Source: Camelus dromedarius (taxonomy: Eukaryota). Taken from it: a DNA stretch of 64,000 nucleotides. Under the pieces are notes generated by a model that was given only the letters and a program-made list of their open reading frames with translations, did not search any database and was not told the DNA's origin. Each line of letters opens with the position of its first letter. The first letter of the stretch is position 1. The position numbers and the translations under genes are program-made. The stretch lies in contig NC_087436.1 of NCBI RefSeq assembly GCF_036321535.1, positions 82,772,001 to 82,836,000 of the forward strand. The letters are read 5' to 3'. Shown piece after piece: positions 35,891 to 49,870 of this stretch.

Positions 35891-36336
35891 TTTTATAAGT
35901 CTTACTTTTATTGAAGTGTAATTGATTTATAATGTGAATTTCAGGTGTACAGCAAAATGATTCAGTAATACATATACATATTTATTTTTTTCAGATTGTT
36001 TTCCATTACAGCTCATTACAAGATACTGAACATAGTTGCTTGTGCTATGCAGTAGGTCCTTGCTATTTATCTATCTTACATATCATAATGTGTATCTGTT
36101 AATCCCAAACTCCTAATCTATCCCTCTCCCACTTCCTTCCTGATAACCACAGTTTGTTTTCTATGTCCATGAGTCAATTTCTGGTTTGTAAATAAAATTT
36201 GTATCTTTCTGTTTAGATTTTACATATAAGTGACATATATGATATTTGTCTTTCTCTGTCTGACTTACTTCACTTCATATGATAATTTCTAGGTCCATCC
36301 ATGTTGCTATAAATGGAAATATTTCATTCTTCTTTA

Positions 36337-36377
<41 letters not shown>

Positions 36378-36915
36378 CACATCTTTATCCAGTCATCTGT
36401 CGATGGACATTTAGGTTGTTTCCATGTCTTGGCTATAGTAAATAGTGTTGCTATAAACACTGGCATGCATGTGTCTTTTTGAATTATCGCTTTCTCCGGA
36501 TATATGCCCAAGAGTGGGATTGCTGGATCATATGGTAAGTCTATTTTTAGTTTTTTAAGGACTCTCCATACTGTTTTCCATAATGGCTGCACCGAACTAC
36601 ATTCCCACTAATACTGTAGGAGGGTTCCCTTTCCTCCACACCCTCTCCAGCATTTATTATTTATGGACTTTTTAATGATGGCCATTCTGACTGGTGTGAG
36701 GTGATACCCACTGTAGTTCTGATTTGCATTTCTCTAATAATTAGCGATATTAAGCATCTTTTCATGTGATTGTTGGCCATCTGGATGTCTTCTTTGGAGA
36801 GATGTCTATTTAGATCTTCTGCCAATTTTTTTATTGGGTTGCTTATATTTTTGATAGTAAGCTGTTATGAACTGTTTAGTTTCTTGTCAGTCGTATCATT
36901 TGCAAATATTTTCTA
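35891..36915 (-). mobile_element. Cetartiodactyl L1 (ORF2 C-terminus plus 3'UTR) with internal (TG)(TA)n
   Basis: [34 protein letters not shown] is the L1 ORF2 C-terminus; perfect 16-bp TSD ctcacaaaacaatatt (35875-35890, 36916-36931). Confidence 0.95.
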
Positions 36916-37044
36916 CTCACAAAACAATATTAATGTGAGGTATACCTGGCTCATTTTTGTTTTATTTCTTAAAATTAGAGTTGTTACCCACTAATTTGTT
37001 CTTTTGACACAGTCTTGAGCTAGGACCTGCAGTTTGGAGAACAA

Positions 37045-37305
37045 AGAATAGCGGCTGAGAGCAGCTGCAGGGTTTGATTCAGATTCAGAGACGGGGCCAA
37101 ACCCGGGCCCTCCGCCCGAAGCCGTGTGAGGCTGAGCAAGCGATGTAGCTTCTGTAGGCCCCTGTGTGCTGGCCTTTACAACAGGAATCATAACCATTCT
37201 GCCCTAGGAAGGCTGTTGTGGGGGAGTCAGTAAAGACTGCCTCCAAAGCCCTTTGTCCAGCATCTGGCACAGAGTAAGTGTTAACAATTGTTAGCTCTTA
37301 TTATT
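37045..37305 (+). mobile_element. MIR SINE (GC-shifted)
   Basis: MIR layout ending catctggcacagagtaagtgttaacaattgttagctcttattatt. Confidence 0.7.
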
Positions 37306-39489
37306 CGCACCTTGAATTCCGTGGAGAAACTTGGAGAAAGAAGTTATGTGAATGTAAAATATAATACTTGTATTTTACTCAGTGTGCACTTAATTATGTT
37401 CTATAATTTTAGGCCCTTATTTCATTCAGTAATTTTATGTGCCTATAAATCTCGTCTCCTTGGCTGTGTTCTAACTCTCTGTGCTGGGGCTGTTTTTCCT
37501 CTACCACATGCAGCACTGAGCCCAGAGCTGAGGTTCAAGTATCATAAAGTTCTCATCCAGCTACTTTTTTGCAAAGGATTCTTTTTTGTAAAATATAAAG
37601 GAAAAAGACAACATAAAATAGATTGAAGAGTAAGGAAAGGGTAAAATTATTTGTAACTTTGCTTTGCATCCATACCTCCAACAATGGCCAACATTTATCT
37701 TAAAAGACTTAGTTTTCATTACTAAAATATGGAACTTTTCCCAAACAGTAACTTAAAATAAATATGAGAACCCCAAATCATAGAATCATGGTTTTTTTGA
37801 GAAGTGCCACTTAGAATGAAAATGTCTTGTGAAAACAAGTACTCTCTACTTGCTTTGCCCTCACGAAATCAGGAAGCGGTATTCCAAACCAATGTAGGAA
37901 AACAGTGAAAAACAGTGTCTTAAGATCACAAACTCTATATTGCTATACTAAGAACTCTAACAAGGCTACTTCTTAAAGGAAGAATACGATAATGTATTAT
38001 ACCAAAAATGTGGTTTTTTGTGAAAGTACTTTATACATACAATAATTGTACTAAAACTGATGGTAAAATAAAGCTGGTCCAAATAATGCCAGAAAGAGTC
38101 AAATCAGTTATCATTCATTGAACACCTAAACTAAAAACTGTAGGGAACTGAATGAGTTAAGGTGCTCAGGAAGTTAACATCTGCTTGGGCAACCAAGACA
38201 AATCCATGTAAGCTTCATTAGCAAAATGATTTAAATGATATGTTGAGACAACATGAGAGCCAGCACAGCTTCCTAGAGTGAAGTTGAAGACTTGACACCA
38301 ATGGTCCTTGTGGAAAAAGACTGGCACCCTCTGTCTAAGCCAGGAGAAGCCCCTGCCAGGAGGAGCCAGTTAAAGTGTTACGGAGTATGTTGAGTTCACT
38401 ATGAACTCAACCCTTGGCTGGACTCAGGACATACTAGGGAAATGGAATGTTTCAAAAATTCTGATGACTCCCATTGTTTACAAATTGGAAAAGAATTGTA
38501 TACTTTATAGTCTGTGGATGCCACTCTGGCACCCATTTAAGAGCCACACAATTCCCTCCCTTTTTAAATATAGTAGTTGTGTATTTAGGACTTGGGGTTA
38601 GACACATGTTAAAATATGACACAAGTCTTTCCTGATGGAGAGCTCAGAACACCCAGTTATAATTATGTAAACACTGAAAGAAAGTTACAGAGGAAGTGAG
38701 AGGTTTGCATATTAAAGTGAACACTAGCATTGCCAATGGTAAGCAAATATAATTTAAGTCTATTCTAAGAAAACGTTCAAGATTTATTCCAATAGTTTCT
38801 GCCAGATTTTGCTCTCACTTTGTGCTAGAAATTTTAAAGAGTAGATATGTCTTAAAGAAAGGTTTGTATTTTATATTATCCAGGAAGATGATTTTCTGTT
38901 AAAAATTGTCCCCTGGTGACATCTGGAGGCTTGACAAGAATAATGAGGACAATGGGACTAGTGATTAAGCATTATTTTATTGATTTTTTTCAATTTATCC
39001 TCCTTTGATCAAGCTTTCAGGGACTTCCTGAAGTTGACAACCACAGCAGCCCACCAAGGAGGAAATGATTTGGAAAAAAAACAAACCCAGTGCTAGGGAG
39101 GATAATTTGCAGTTAAACATAATAAGTATGTATCTAAAATTACTCTGAACCTTACTTTAAAATATTAATAGCTAGGCAAACTAATCAACTAACAATTCGT
39201 TGGCCCAGGAGTAAACAGAAAGCCTTTCAATTTTCTTTTTTACTTCAGTAATTGACTTTGGAGACTCAGAGTAAAATTACAAATGAAGAAGAAACATTAT
39301 CCCTTTGAAAGTTTAAGCAAACCTTTTTTGTGGGTGCCTCGTGTGGGTCTACAATGCAAGAACCAACCAAGTGCTCTGGGCTACAGGTCTCATGTTCACG
39401 AAGCAGATGCCCGATAAAACGTCAGAAAGATGTTCCTGCCATTGAACACACAGGTGTACCACAACCGTGCCCTTTAATTAAAAATCTTA

Positions 39490-39870
39490 GAAGATGAGCT
39501 GACCGTAGACTCAATATGAATCAAAGGTGGAACCTGGGTTAAAAGGCTAGGAATTATCTTAGTCCATTAAACATACTCTGGTCAGATTACACTTAACTTC
39601 AAAAATTTGAAAAGCGAATATGTATTAGGAATAGACACTGTCTACTTTTATATAGAGGGCAGCACTCATAAGTGGAAATTAGAAGAAAGATTTCCGCCCA
39701 GTCAAAGGAAGAACTTTTCAGTGAAAATAGAATTGATCTCATAAATTAGTAAATTCCTTCATGCCTCTCCCTGTAGGTTTAAACAAAGAATGCATGCTTC
39801 TCAGGAAATTCCAGAGCGGTGATGAAAATTACATTAGAGGTGCTAAGGATTCAAAATTCTCAGCATGAAA
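39490..39870 (+). mobile_element. L3/CR1 relic
   Basis: ctcaatatgaatcaa...aaaggaagaactttt...gtttaaacaaagaatg, CR1 3'-like. Confidence 0.5.
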
Positions 39871-42099
39871 AAATTTTATATTCCATGTCGCATTAAGTCT
39901 TGTGAACACAATCTAAAGCTTTCAACTCAAAGGAAGTTGCTAGAACTCACAAAAATGGAAACAATTTAATACAGGACTATGGGAGAGTAGAAGTCTTACA
40001 GGAAATTAACTGAAAATACTTAATACACCAGTTTCTCAACCGTAAAAGTTTTTAATCAAATAGAAAGTCCTGAATATGAGCATACTTACTGGCTGGTTTA
40101 TTTCAAAAAGTACATTATTCTGTCATTCTTTTGAAATCTAAAAATACCCTGCCCCTTGAATGAATAAAATATTTTATTTAGACATAACAGTGAATGAATT
40201 TGTAGGCTTGACTTCGGTTTAAAGAGCAAAATAAAACACTCGGCTTTTGCCAGTTACAAAATACGGAAAATTGTAAGCAGTGCTGTTGGTTGCACGAATC
40301 ATAAGACTTTGTGTTTCTATTTTTCCCCTTCTCTGCACACTGCTTAGACTTGTTGCTTTCCTTTGCTAAATATAGCTGGCTTCCTGCTATTTTCACAGCC
40401 AACCGGAGAATTTCATTAGGAAGGTGGAAAGCTAACACTGTCACTCTGATGAATAAAGTGGTCAGCTGATATCTCTCCTTGCTCCAGTGGAAAATTTACA
40501 ACAACTAGAGGTGCTGAGAGGCAGAATGAAGTTTCATTAAAATAGCCAAACAGTGCAATAAGCAAAAGGCCAAAGGTGACAGCCTTCTTGTCACTGTCTT
40601 CCCTTGGCAGGTAGGTGTTAAAAGCACATTTTGGTTGAGAGCACAAAAGGAGATCTCTTCTCTTTTTGCTCGGATATGGACTTAAGGATGATTTCATGCC
40701 TGCAGCCTTAAAAAAATACGATTAGCGATCACTCTTTCCTGACTCAGTGCAGTTTGGTGAGTCTCTCCTCCACTGATAAATCCTGTAAGTTTTCAGTGAC
40801 TTCGTGTTCCCCGCAGAATAAAGTCCACACCCCCAAACCAGGCTTCATGGTCTAGATAGATCTTTCTAACCATACCTGCACTTCTCCCCTACATGAACCC
40901 TTCACCAAGCGAAGTAGTCTGCTCACCTTTTCCCAAGCACACCAATGCATCTTTGTCATCTGTGTCTGGAATGCCAATCTCACCTGTCCTGTCCTTCTCA
41001 AAGTACGAAATCTAGCTCAAATCTCACCATCTCACCTCTGACCATTCTCCAGCTGGAACTCACCGGTCCCTCTATCACTTACATAATACTGTGCCCTAAC
41101 CCAGTGTTCTGACCTCCTTCCAACTGACATGAATCATGGATCCAAGGAGCTAAAGCTCCTAATTGCTCCCCATTGTCGCTGGTTAATTATGCTCAGGATT
41201 AAAAGTGAGGCTACCTCTCATGATGCAACAATTGCCAACCATTAGATTCTCTGTGTGAATTAAATGTCCGTACAGAAATACTGAGCTCATATCAAATTCC
41301 TTTCCTCCCTCTTATCTAAAGCTATAGATTACTTTATTAGATTTTACTTTTATTAAAAAATATTTTTTCATTTTTAAAAAAATTATAGAATTGTATACAG
41401 TTCATAGCAATAGAATTCCATTTCCCACTAGGCTACAAACCCTGAGTTCACAGACTGAAAACTCCATATCAATATATGGAGATTTACCTAATACTTTGTA
41501 AAAATGTCACAGTAGATCATCTACTATGAATATAAAACGATTTAATCAGTCTTTTGCTAAAGGAAATTGATGGTTTTTCCCTTTAATTTTTTATTCTGAC
41601 TAGTACTTTAATGAACAATTTGTTCATATATCCTTTGAAATTTATGGACATTATCTATGGGATAAATTTCTTATAAATGGAATAGGGTTTTCAGCATTTT
41701 TAATTTTGAGAGATCTTGCCAAATCATACTTTAAAAAAAAATCACCTAACTCCTTAATCTATAAATTGTTTTGGTGCTTACTAGCTGAATTGATTAATTC
41801 ATGAATTTTTCTTATGACTTAAAATATTAATGTGCCACATTATTAAGAAGAAATATATTGCTTTGATTCTTTTATTTCAGGAACACATCACATTAATTCT
41901 AAACCCATGTAAACATGTCAAGGAACTTGTTGGTAAAAGCCCATGAACATTAATTCCAAGTTGTACTTGAAGGTTTCTGAAAAACTGAGAATTTCTTAGT
42001 GATTAAGGAAGTATGAATTAAGTCCTTGATTCTTGTTGGGAGAAGGAAGAGCATTTTTCTAGGGCATCCTATTGCCAAAGGGAGATTAAAAGTCACTGA

Positions 42100-42450
42100 A
42101 ATAAATAAATATCACCATTCTGCAACCCTAACAAATTACTAGATCTAGACAGGGCTCATCAATACTTGTTAAACTTACAAAAGAGAGACAGTCAAGTAAC
42201 ATGTGCCCCTTGAAAAAAGTACTTTTAGAAGTACATAGTGAAATATTTATAAATGAAATGATGTCATGTCTGGGATATGCCACAAAATGCCCTGGGTGGG
42301 AGCAGAAGTAGACTGAGGTATAGAAGAAACAAGATTGGCTAAAAGTTGATCATTGCTGAAGCTGGTTGAGAGGCACATGCAAGTTAACTGTACTACCCTC
42401 TGTATTTTCTATATGTTTGAAATTTTCCACAATCAAACATTTAAAAACAG
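42100..42450 (+). mobile_element. L1MC4/L1ME-type 3'UTR fragment
   Basis: gaaatatttataaatgaaatgatgtcatgtctgggat...aacaagattggc...tttgaaattttccacaat. Confidence 0.75.
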
Positions 42451-43899
42451 AAAAGGTTTGCATTAAGATGTTTTGGAATATTCCTTCCTAACTACTACGA
42501 TTCAATTAAAGAGGATGGCTTCAGGAAATGTGAATGCTCCTACATAATGGCCACATGTTCAGTAAATGCCCAGAGGCTGGCTTCCAAGCCCTCTCTGCCT
42601 GTGATTTTAGGCAAGAACAAGAATGAGCCAGATGGTATGGAAAACATACTTACAAGTTGGTTCATAAGCCAAATGAAAACTGTAATTTAGGGGAAGAAAC
42701 CAACAGTCCTCTTTAGCTTTCAAAATGTTTTTGAACTCAGCAAGGAGCATGTACAACTCTCCAGCACAAACGTGTAATCTCTGGCCCAGACAAATGGATG
42801 CTTTTGTGGACAATGACAATGTAGGATTTGTCATCTCCTTCACTTGGGATTTCTGGGTTCCACCGTCTCACCACATCCTTCTGCAGGGGTCCTCTCTTTC
42901 CTCTTCCACTCTGTGCATTCTCCACCCCTTCAAACTTGTACCAAAAGAAGGAAACATATTATTTCCTTTGCCCAGCTATACAAATATATCACTGTAAGAA
43001 ATTACCCTTTAAATTCATAATACATTGGATTACTTCTGACCAATCTTGTTTATCAATCAAGTCTTTATTGCAGTCACAGCCCAGGCTGACTGGTTTATCA
43101 GAAGGCTGAAAACTTGCCTCTCTACAAGGCTACCAGAGCACATTCCACTGTTTCTTTGTTTTTTAATTGAAATTCAACATAGAGTGACCTTCAAATGTGC
43201 CTTTAATTTCTGTTTAGTCATCATATCACTCCTTCAGCGTCTCCATTTCATTAATTATATGTAGGGTTCATTAAGTCTTGGAAGTAGAGCCCAGAAAGTG
43301 TGTTATAAATCTCTGAAAACTAATAAGATATTCCAAAGATAGAGATGGGGTCAAGGAATGTAACCAGGAGTGGTACATGCTGGTTTAATGAAAGACTCTT
43401 CCCACAAAATGACTTAAAGTCTCTATTTCCTTTCATGCATTTTAATATGTATTTTTGCCTCTTGGTGGGTGGGGTGAAAATATTATTTTAATCTTAATGC
43501 AAAAATTCTTTGAATTATAATTTACTTGATTATCTACATTATTCTATATACCACTACCTGCCTGCTCCTTTAAAATAAAAATCTATCAATTTTTTCCCTG
43601 TTCAGGAATCTATTACCTGGGAAAGTTGGAGTATACACTTATGTAATAAAAACCTTCAGAAATTCAGCAGTAAAGGAAACTGTTTAGCACAGCTTTCCTA
43701 AACGTATCTGCCCTCTTACTTGTGAGATGTATTAACATCCTAAGGACACATTTTATACTTGTGAAACTCCATCTTAATCACTTTAGGAATACTTTGGATT
43801 AAGGAAAAACTGAGTGAAAGAGACAGCATAGATGAACAAGTTATATCTCGGAACATTTTCATGGGACTTTTATGTTTGAGAAGAATGCATAACATGTTC

Positions 43900-46800
43900 T
43901 CTTCTGGGAAGATGGGATAGTCATACTTTTCCATACTCTTCCCACTAAGGACAACTGAAAACTCTGGGCAGTGTATATAAGATAAACATAAGAAGACTGA
44001 AAGGCAGACTGGTTAGGGACCTTGGGATCTGAGAAACAACACAGTGGTGAGTTCCCTGGTTTTTTTGTTTGCTTTGGTTTGGTTTTTGTCTCATATACAC
44101 CAGACTTAAAGCTGAAGAATCCAGCAACCCTGAAAGGCCAGGGGGAACAGATTAATAAGCCCTAACAAAAGCTCTCTCTCTCTAATCAAAGAATGAAGAA
44201 AGGGGCAGTCTAGCAAAACAGAAGACTTTTAGACAATAACCACTCTACTCAACCAAACACCACAAAAGAACTGATGCCCCAACTTCTTCCCACTCCAGCG
44301 AAGAGGGCAGGAAGCCTAGGCTCCCACCCTTGAGAGGCTATAATAAGGAACACTAATCCCGCCACCAGGGTGGCGCCAGAGGTCAAGTAGGGAGCCAGGG
44401 CGTTCATCCCCATTGGCCCGTGAAGAGCCCCTATGCACCCCTTCCCATGATGTCAATGGGGACTCTGTGGAGAGTCTGGATTTCTATCCCCCACCCAGCT
44501 AGGGAGGCACCCGAGGAAACCTAGTGGAGAGTCAAGACTTTCACCACTGCCCAGCGGTAATGGTGCCACCCACTCATGGGGGTCGCTGGAGAACGTATGG
44601 GAAACCAGAACTGCCCAGCCATAAAGATGAACCCAACACCTTACAACACATATATGTACACACATTCTAATGGAAGCCACGTGGGGAACCTGGGCTCCTA
44701 ACTTTACGTGGTAGTAATGGGCAAAAGTGTCCTCTACTAAGGGGGAAAAAAAAAGCAAAGTAACTCTCCAAAAAAGCCAATCAAAACAGAAGGCTTGAAA
44801 AAGACCCAGAGTCTCATAATATAATATGAAAATGTCCAGTTTTCAATTAAGAAATCACTCATTCTACCAAGAAACAGGAAGATCTCAAACTTAATGCAGA
44901 AAGACAATTGATACTAACACCAAGATGATGGGGATGTTAGAATTATCTGACAGAGATTTTAAAGCAGCCATAATAAAAATGTTTCAATGACCAGTTACCA
45001 GCACAACTGAAACAAATGAATAAATAGAAAACCTCAGTAAAAAACAAAAAAAGAACTAAATGAAAATTTAGAAGTGAAAAGTACAAAATCCCAAATTAAA
45101 AAAAAAAAAAGAAACTTCAGTGAATGCGCTCAAAAAGAAAATGGAGAAAACAAAAGAACTGGAAGATGAAACAATATAAATTACTCATTTTGAATAACAG
45201 AAAGAAAATGAAAAAATAAATAAATAAAGCCTCAGAGAACAATGCAACTACACCAAAAGAACTAACATTTGTGTCATCTGTGTCCCAGAAGGAGAAGAGA
45301 AAGAAACCAAACTTAAAAAGTACTTATAGAAATAATGGCTGGAAAATTCCCAAACTTGGCAAAATGCATAAACCTACAGATTCAAACACTGAATCCATGC
45401 CAAGGTATATCATAATTAAACTTTTTGGAAACTAAAGACAAAGAGAAAAATCTTGAAAGCAGCCAGAGAGAAAAGACACTTTTTCTTTAAATATGAGAAG
45501 AACAACTCTAGGGGCAGATGATTCCTCATCAGAAATCATGGGGCCAAAAGAAAGTGGCACAGTATTTTTCAAGTCTTGACAGAAAATAACTGTCAACCGA
45601 AATTCCTATATCCAGTGAAAATATCCTTCAGGAATAAAAAGGAAATCAAGATATTCTCATAAGAAAGAAAACTAAGAGAATTTGTTGCCAGAAGACATAT
45701 GCTAAATTAATGAGTTAAGGAAGTCCTCTAAACAGAAAGGGAACAATAAAAGAAGGAATCTTGGAATATCAGGAAAGAAGAAAGAATCCAGTAAGCAAAA
45801 TATGGATAAATATAATAACATTACAGTCCCCTCATAATTTCTAAATGATGTTTGACGTGTGAAGCAGTAATTATGGTCTCACTGCAGAAATTCTACCCAA
45901 CATTTAAAAAAGAATTAACACCAATTCTACACAATTTTCTCTAGAAAACAGAAGAGAAGAGAATGTTTCCTAATTCATCATATGAAGCTGGTATTACCCT
46001 GATACCATAATCCCTCATGAATATTGATAAAAAATCTTTAACAAAATATTAGAAAATAGAATTTATATTAATTTATATATATATATCATTTATCATACAT
46101 CATATATCATTTATTTACATATCATTTATACACACACACACACACACACATAAATGAAAAAGTGGGCTTATTCCAGGGATACAAGTCTTGTTCAATATTT
46201 GAAAATCATCATTTCAATCTACCTATTTATAGGCTGAAGAAGAAAAACCATATGACCATATCAATTGATGCAGATAAAGTAATTAACAAAATTCAATGCC
46301 CATTCATGGTAAAAAAAAAAAAAAAAAAACTCTTAGAAAATAGAAATAGAGGGAGAATTTCATCAACTTGAGAAAGAGCATCTACAAAAAACTTTGAGTT
46401 CATATTATATTTAGTGATGAAAGAGAACGCTTTCTTCCTAAGATGGGGAACAAGGCAAGGATATCTGCCGTCACCACTCTTATTCAACATAATGACGGGA
46501 ATTTACTCATGAGACTAAGTCATGGGACTAAGGAAAACAAATAAGGCAAGAAATCAAAGACATAAAGACCAGAAAAGAAGAAATAAAACTGTCCTAATTC
46601 ACAGATGACATATTTTTTTGTGTAGAAAATTCCAAAGATTCTACAAAAATCCTAGAACTAATACGTGAGCTCAGCAAGGTTGCACAATACAAGAGCAACA
46701 TTTAAAAAGTCAGTTGTGTTTCTATGTACTAGCAATGGATACATAAGACACTGAAATTAAAAATACAGTGCCATTTTCAGTTGCTCAAAAAGAAGTATTT

Positions 46801-47340
46801 AGGTGTAAATCTAACAAAGTGTACAGGACTTTAATGCTGAAATTACACAATGTTAATGAAAGAAATCAAAGAGGCTCTAAATAAATGAAAAGAGGTACTG
46901 TGTTCATGGCTCAAAAGACTAAATTTATATACAGGTATAATGCAATTCCTAAATAAATCCCAGTCAGATTTTTCATAGTATAGATAATATTTATATTTAA
47001 TTTATATGAAACAATTTTGAAAATGCATAAAGCCTTACTACATAGCTAGCTAAACATACAACTACTGAACATAACAATTACATTCATAAGTATTTATGTT
47101 CATTTATGTTTACACAAAAACCTGAACAAATATTTATTGCAGTCTTATTCAGAATAACCCAAAACTGGAAATAATTCAGATATCTTTCAAACCAAACTAC
47201 GGTGCCTCAATATCATGGAATACTATTCAGCAATAAAAAGAACTAGCTACCGATATATGCAACAATCTCGAGAATTATGTCGAGTGAAAAAATAAAATGG
47301 ATAGCATGATAAATGGAGATAAATTTAAAAAAAAATAAAG
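43900..47340 (+). mobile_element. Old internally deleted L1 (5'UTR, ORF1, ORF2 pieces, 3' part)
   Basis: 5'UTR homologous to 29020-29400; ORF1 motifs (aaaatcttgaaagcagccagagagaaaagacac); ORF2 fragment KNHMTISIDADK. Confidence 0.88.
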
Positions 47341-47663
47341 CCTGGAAGAGGGAAAGACAAATTTAATTTTTTAAAAAGCCATAAGAATCTGCATTTACAG
47401 ATAATTTTGAGCCTTTATTCTATGTTAATATTGGCTAAGAAAAAAATGAATTTTGATTCAAGGACTTTGTGTCCCTATCAAATGGAACACAAACTATAGC
47501 AATTTCATAAGACCTGTTCTTTCCATGTTTCTTGGGAAAAAGCTAAACTATAACTATGAATTCTTAATCAATTAAATAATACATTCCACTGATATTAACT
47601 TCTGTTACTAGGAGTATGTTCAAGAATCTAACCATTAATATTTATATTAGTAGAATATTTCTT

Positions 47664-47931
47664 TTTTTTTTAATTTTCACTTTTTTGTTTATTTTACTTT
47701 GTAAATCACATCACTGAGATTTAATTTACATAACATAAAAAGCATCCATGTTAATTATAGAGTCCAATGTGTTTTGACAAATGCATTTTATAAGCACCAT
47801 TTAACCACCATAACAATGAAGATACAGAGTATTTCCATCATCACAAAAAGTTACTTTTGCAGCTAATTTCTCACATCCTCAGCTCCAGGCAACCATGGAT
47901 CTATTCTCTGTCACTGTAGAATAATTTTGAC
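47664..47931 (-). mobile_element. Retroposed insert containing a degenerate L1MB-like 3'UTR
   Basis: L1MB-like motifs, poly(T) 47662-47671, perfect 21-bp TSD tatattagtagaatatttctt (47643-47663, 47932-47952). Confidence 0.85.
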
Positions 47932-48419
47932 TATATTAGTAGAATATTTCTTAAATACAGGAGGCTGACCAGGTTAGACTGGGCAATCTGGGGTAGGAAT
48001 TGAATATATTTATAAAACTGTCTTATGAGTCACTTCATTATATATGTAGTATATACAATATGTGTGAGATGTGTTATATCTATTGATCAAGAGATACAGA
48101 TATGTATAAAACATTACATACACATGTACATTTAAATAATAATATATTTATATATTAATAAATATATATATTTAAGAAATCCCAGGAAGCATGAAGTCAT
48201 TTCATAAATTTATTTTATATATGTGTGCATAAATATGTATATGGGTATATGTACACACATACATATACACATTTAATTTTGGAAGAAGAATAAGAAGTAT
48301 TCCACATCACACCTATACATATTTAAGTAAACCGAATATTAAGAAGGGAAAAAGCTTATTTAAAAAAAAACACCTGAACATAGTCATTAAAGAAAAAGAA
48401 ACACTAACATTTTGCAGAA

Positions 48420-49870
48420 GTTTCATTCCATTTAATACAACCACCTTATGAGATAATCATTATATTTATCTTACCCTAGAGGAAAAGGAGACTCAAAGAA
48501 AGGAAGGGGTTGACCTAAGGTCACAAAGTTAGCAGGTATCAGCACTGAAATTAGATCTCGGCTCTTTCCACCTCCAAGCCCCTGCTTTCCTCATCACACT
48601 AAACTGGATCCAACATCCAACATAAAAAATAATAATATTTTAATGTGTAAAGGTATCTGCATATGTTGAGTTGTGGGATCTTCAAAATGAGCCCATGAGT
48701 TCAGAAGGGTAGACGTCATTCTCTGCACTATTTACACGTAATAGAACTGAAGTGGCGAAAAGATCATGACTTGCCCAAGGTCAACTGACAAATCAGGGCT
48801 GAAGTCAGGGCCAGTAGCCAAATTCCCAATTTCCTGGGCTGGAACTACGTTACTCCCCCTGGTGTCGCTTTACAATAATAAGGTCATCACAGGCCCCGCG
48901 GTTGTTGGAGGAAAACCCTCAGCAGCCTCAGGAAGCGGCATCGGGCTTGGAAGAGGGGGGCGGCACAGCTGTGACTCAGAGCTGACTGGAGCCCAGGAGG
49001 GCAGGGAAACCCACCCTTCAGGTGAGGCAGTAAGCCACTTCCTTGACTATTTGTGTGACACGTAGAAGAGCTCCCCTAGTACCTTCCTCAGGAATTCTTC
49101 TCTGACCTCAACTTGCCATTTTGGGTTGAAGAAAAATACTTTTCCGAGAATTATAACTAGATACCCTCTTCTTGACTCCTTGACCTGTAAGTGTTTCTCA
49201 GCTCCACACACTTTTAGATGACTCTCTGAACCCTGGAAGAAGCAGTCCTTTCAGGATATTGACAGTAAAAGTCAGTAGTAAAAGTCAGGTAATAAGAATA
49301 ATAAGAAAGATAAAATGAAGAAATAGAACAGAAAAGAAGCTAACGTTTGAGGGCTAACTCTATGCCAGGCATTCTGTCAAGTCCTTTACGTGGACTACCT
49401 CACATAATCGTCACATCACACTGCAACGTAGGTGCCGTTATGCAGATGAAGAAACCAAGGCTTAGAGAGTCTGGGTAATTTGCCTGAAGTCACAAAGCTT
49501 GCAAGTGATAGAATGAAGGTTTGGAGCCAGGAGGCTCAAAAATCTTAACTCTGCTGGATGTGACACCATTGATCACCCGGCAGTTACATTCTTACTGAGA
49601 GAGTGAACAATTAGTGACCCCTATGCGCTGAAATTATTACTAGCATTACTAATACCAATAATCATAATCAACATAGTTTCAGTATGTGTGTGTTAAGCAC
49701 TGGGCTATGGCCTTACACCTATTATTTAATCCTTGCAGCAATTCCATGAGGCAGGTATTATGACTGCAGTCAATTAGCAAACAAGAAAATGGAGATGCAG
49801 AGAGATTAAATAATGTGCTCAAGGTTACACAGTAAACAAACAACTGGGTTGAATCCAAGAACTACAGTCC
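48420..49870 (-). mobile_element. Cluster of four antisense MIR fragments (~48420-48600, 48630-48840, 49330-49560, 49660-49870)
   Basis: Cores such as cagatgaagaaaccaaggcttagagag, tgacttgcccaaggtca, aaggtcacaaagttag. Confidence 0.7.

Noticed and set aside
44361..44376. CTCF-like GCCACCAGGGTGGCGC
   Set aside because: An extra base breaks the core spacing, and it lies in an L1 5'UTR
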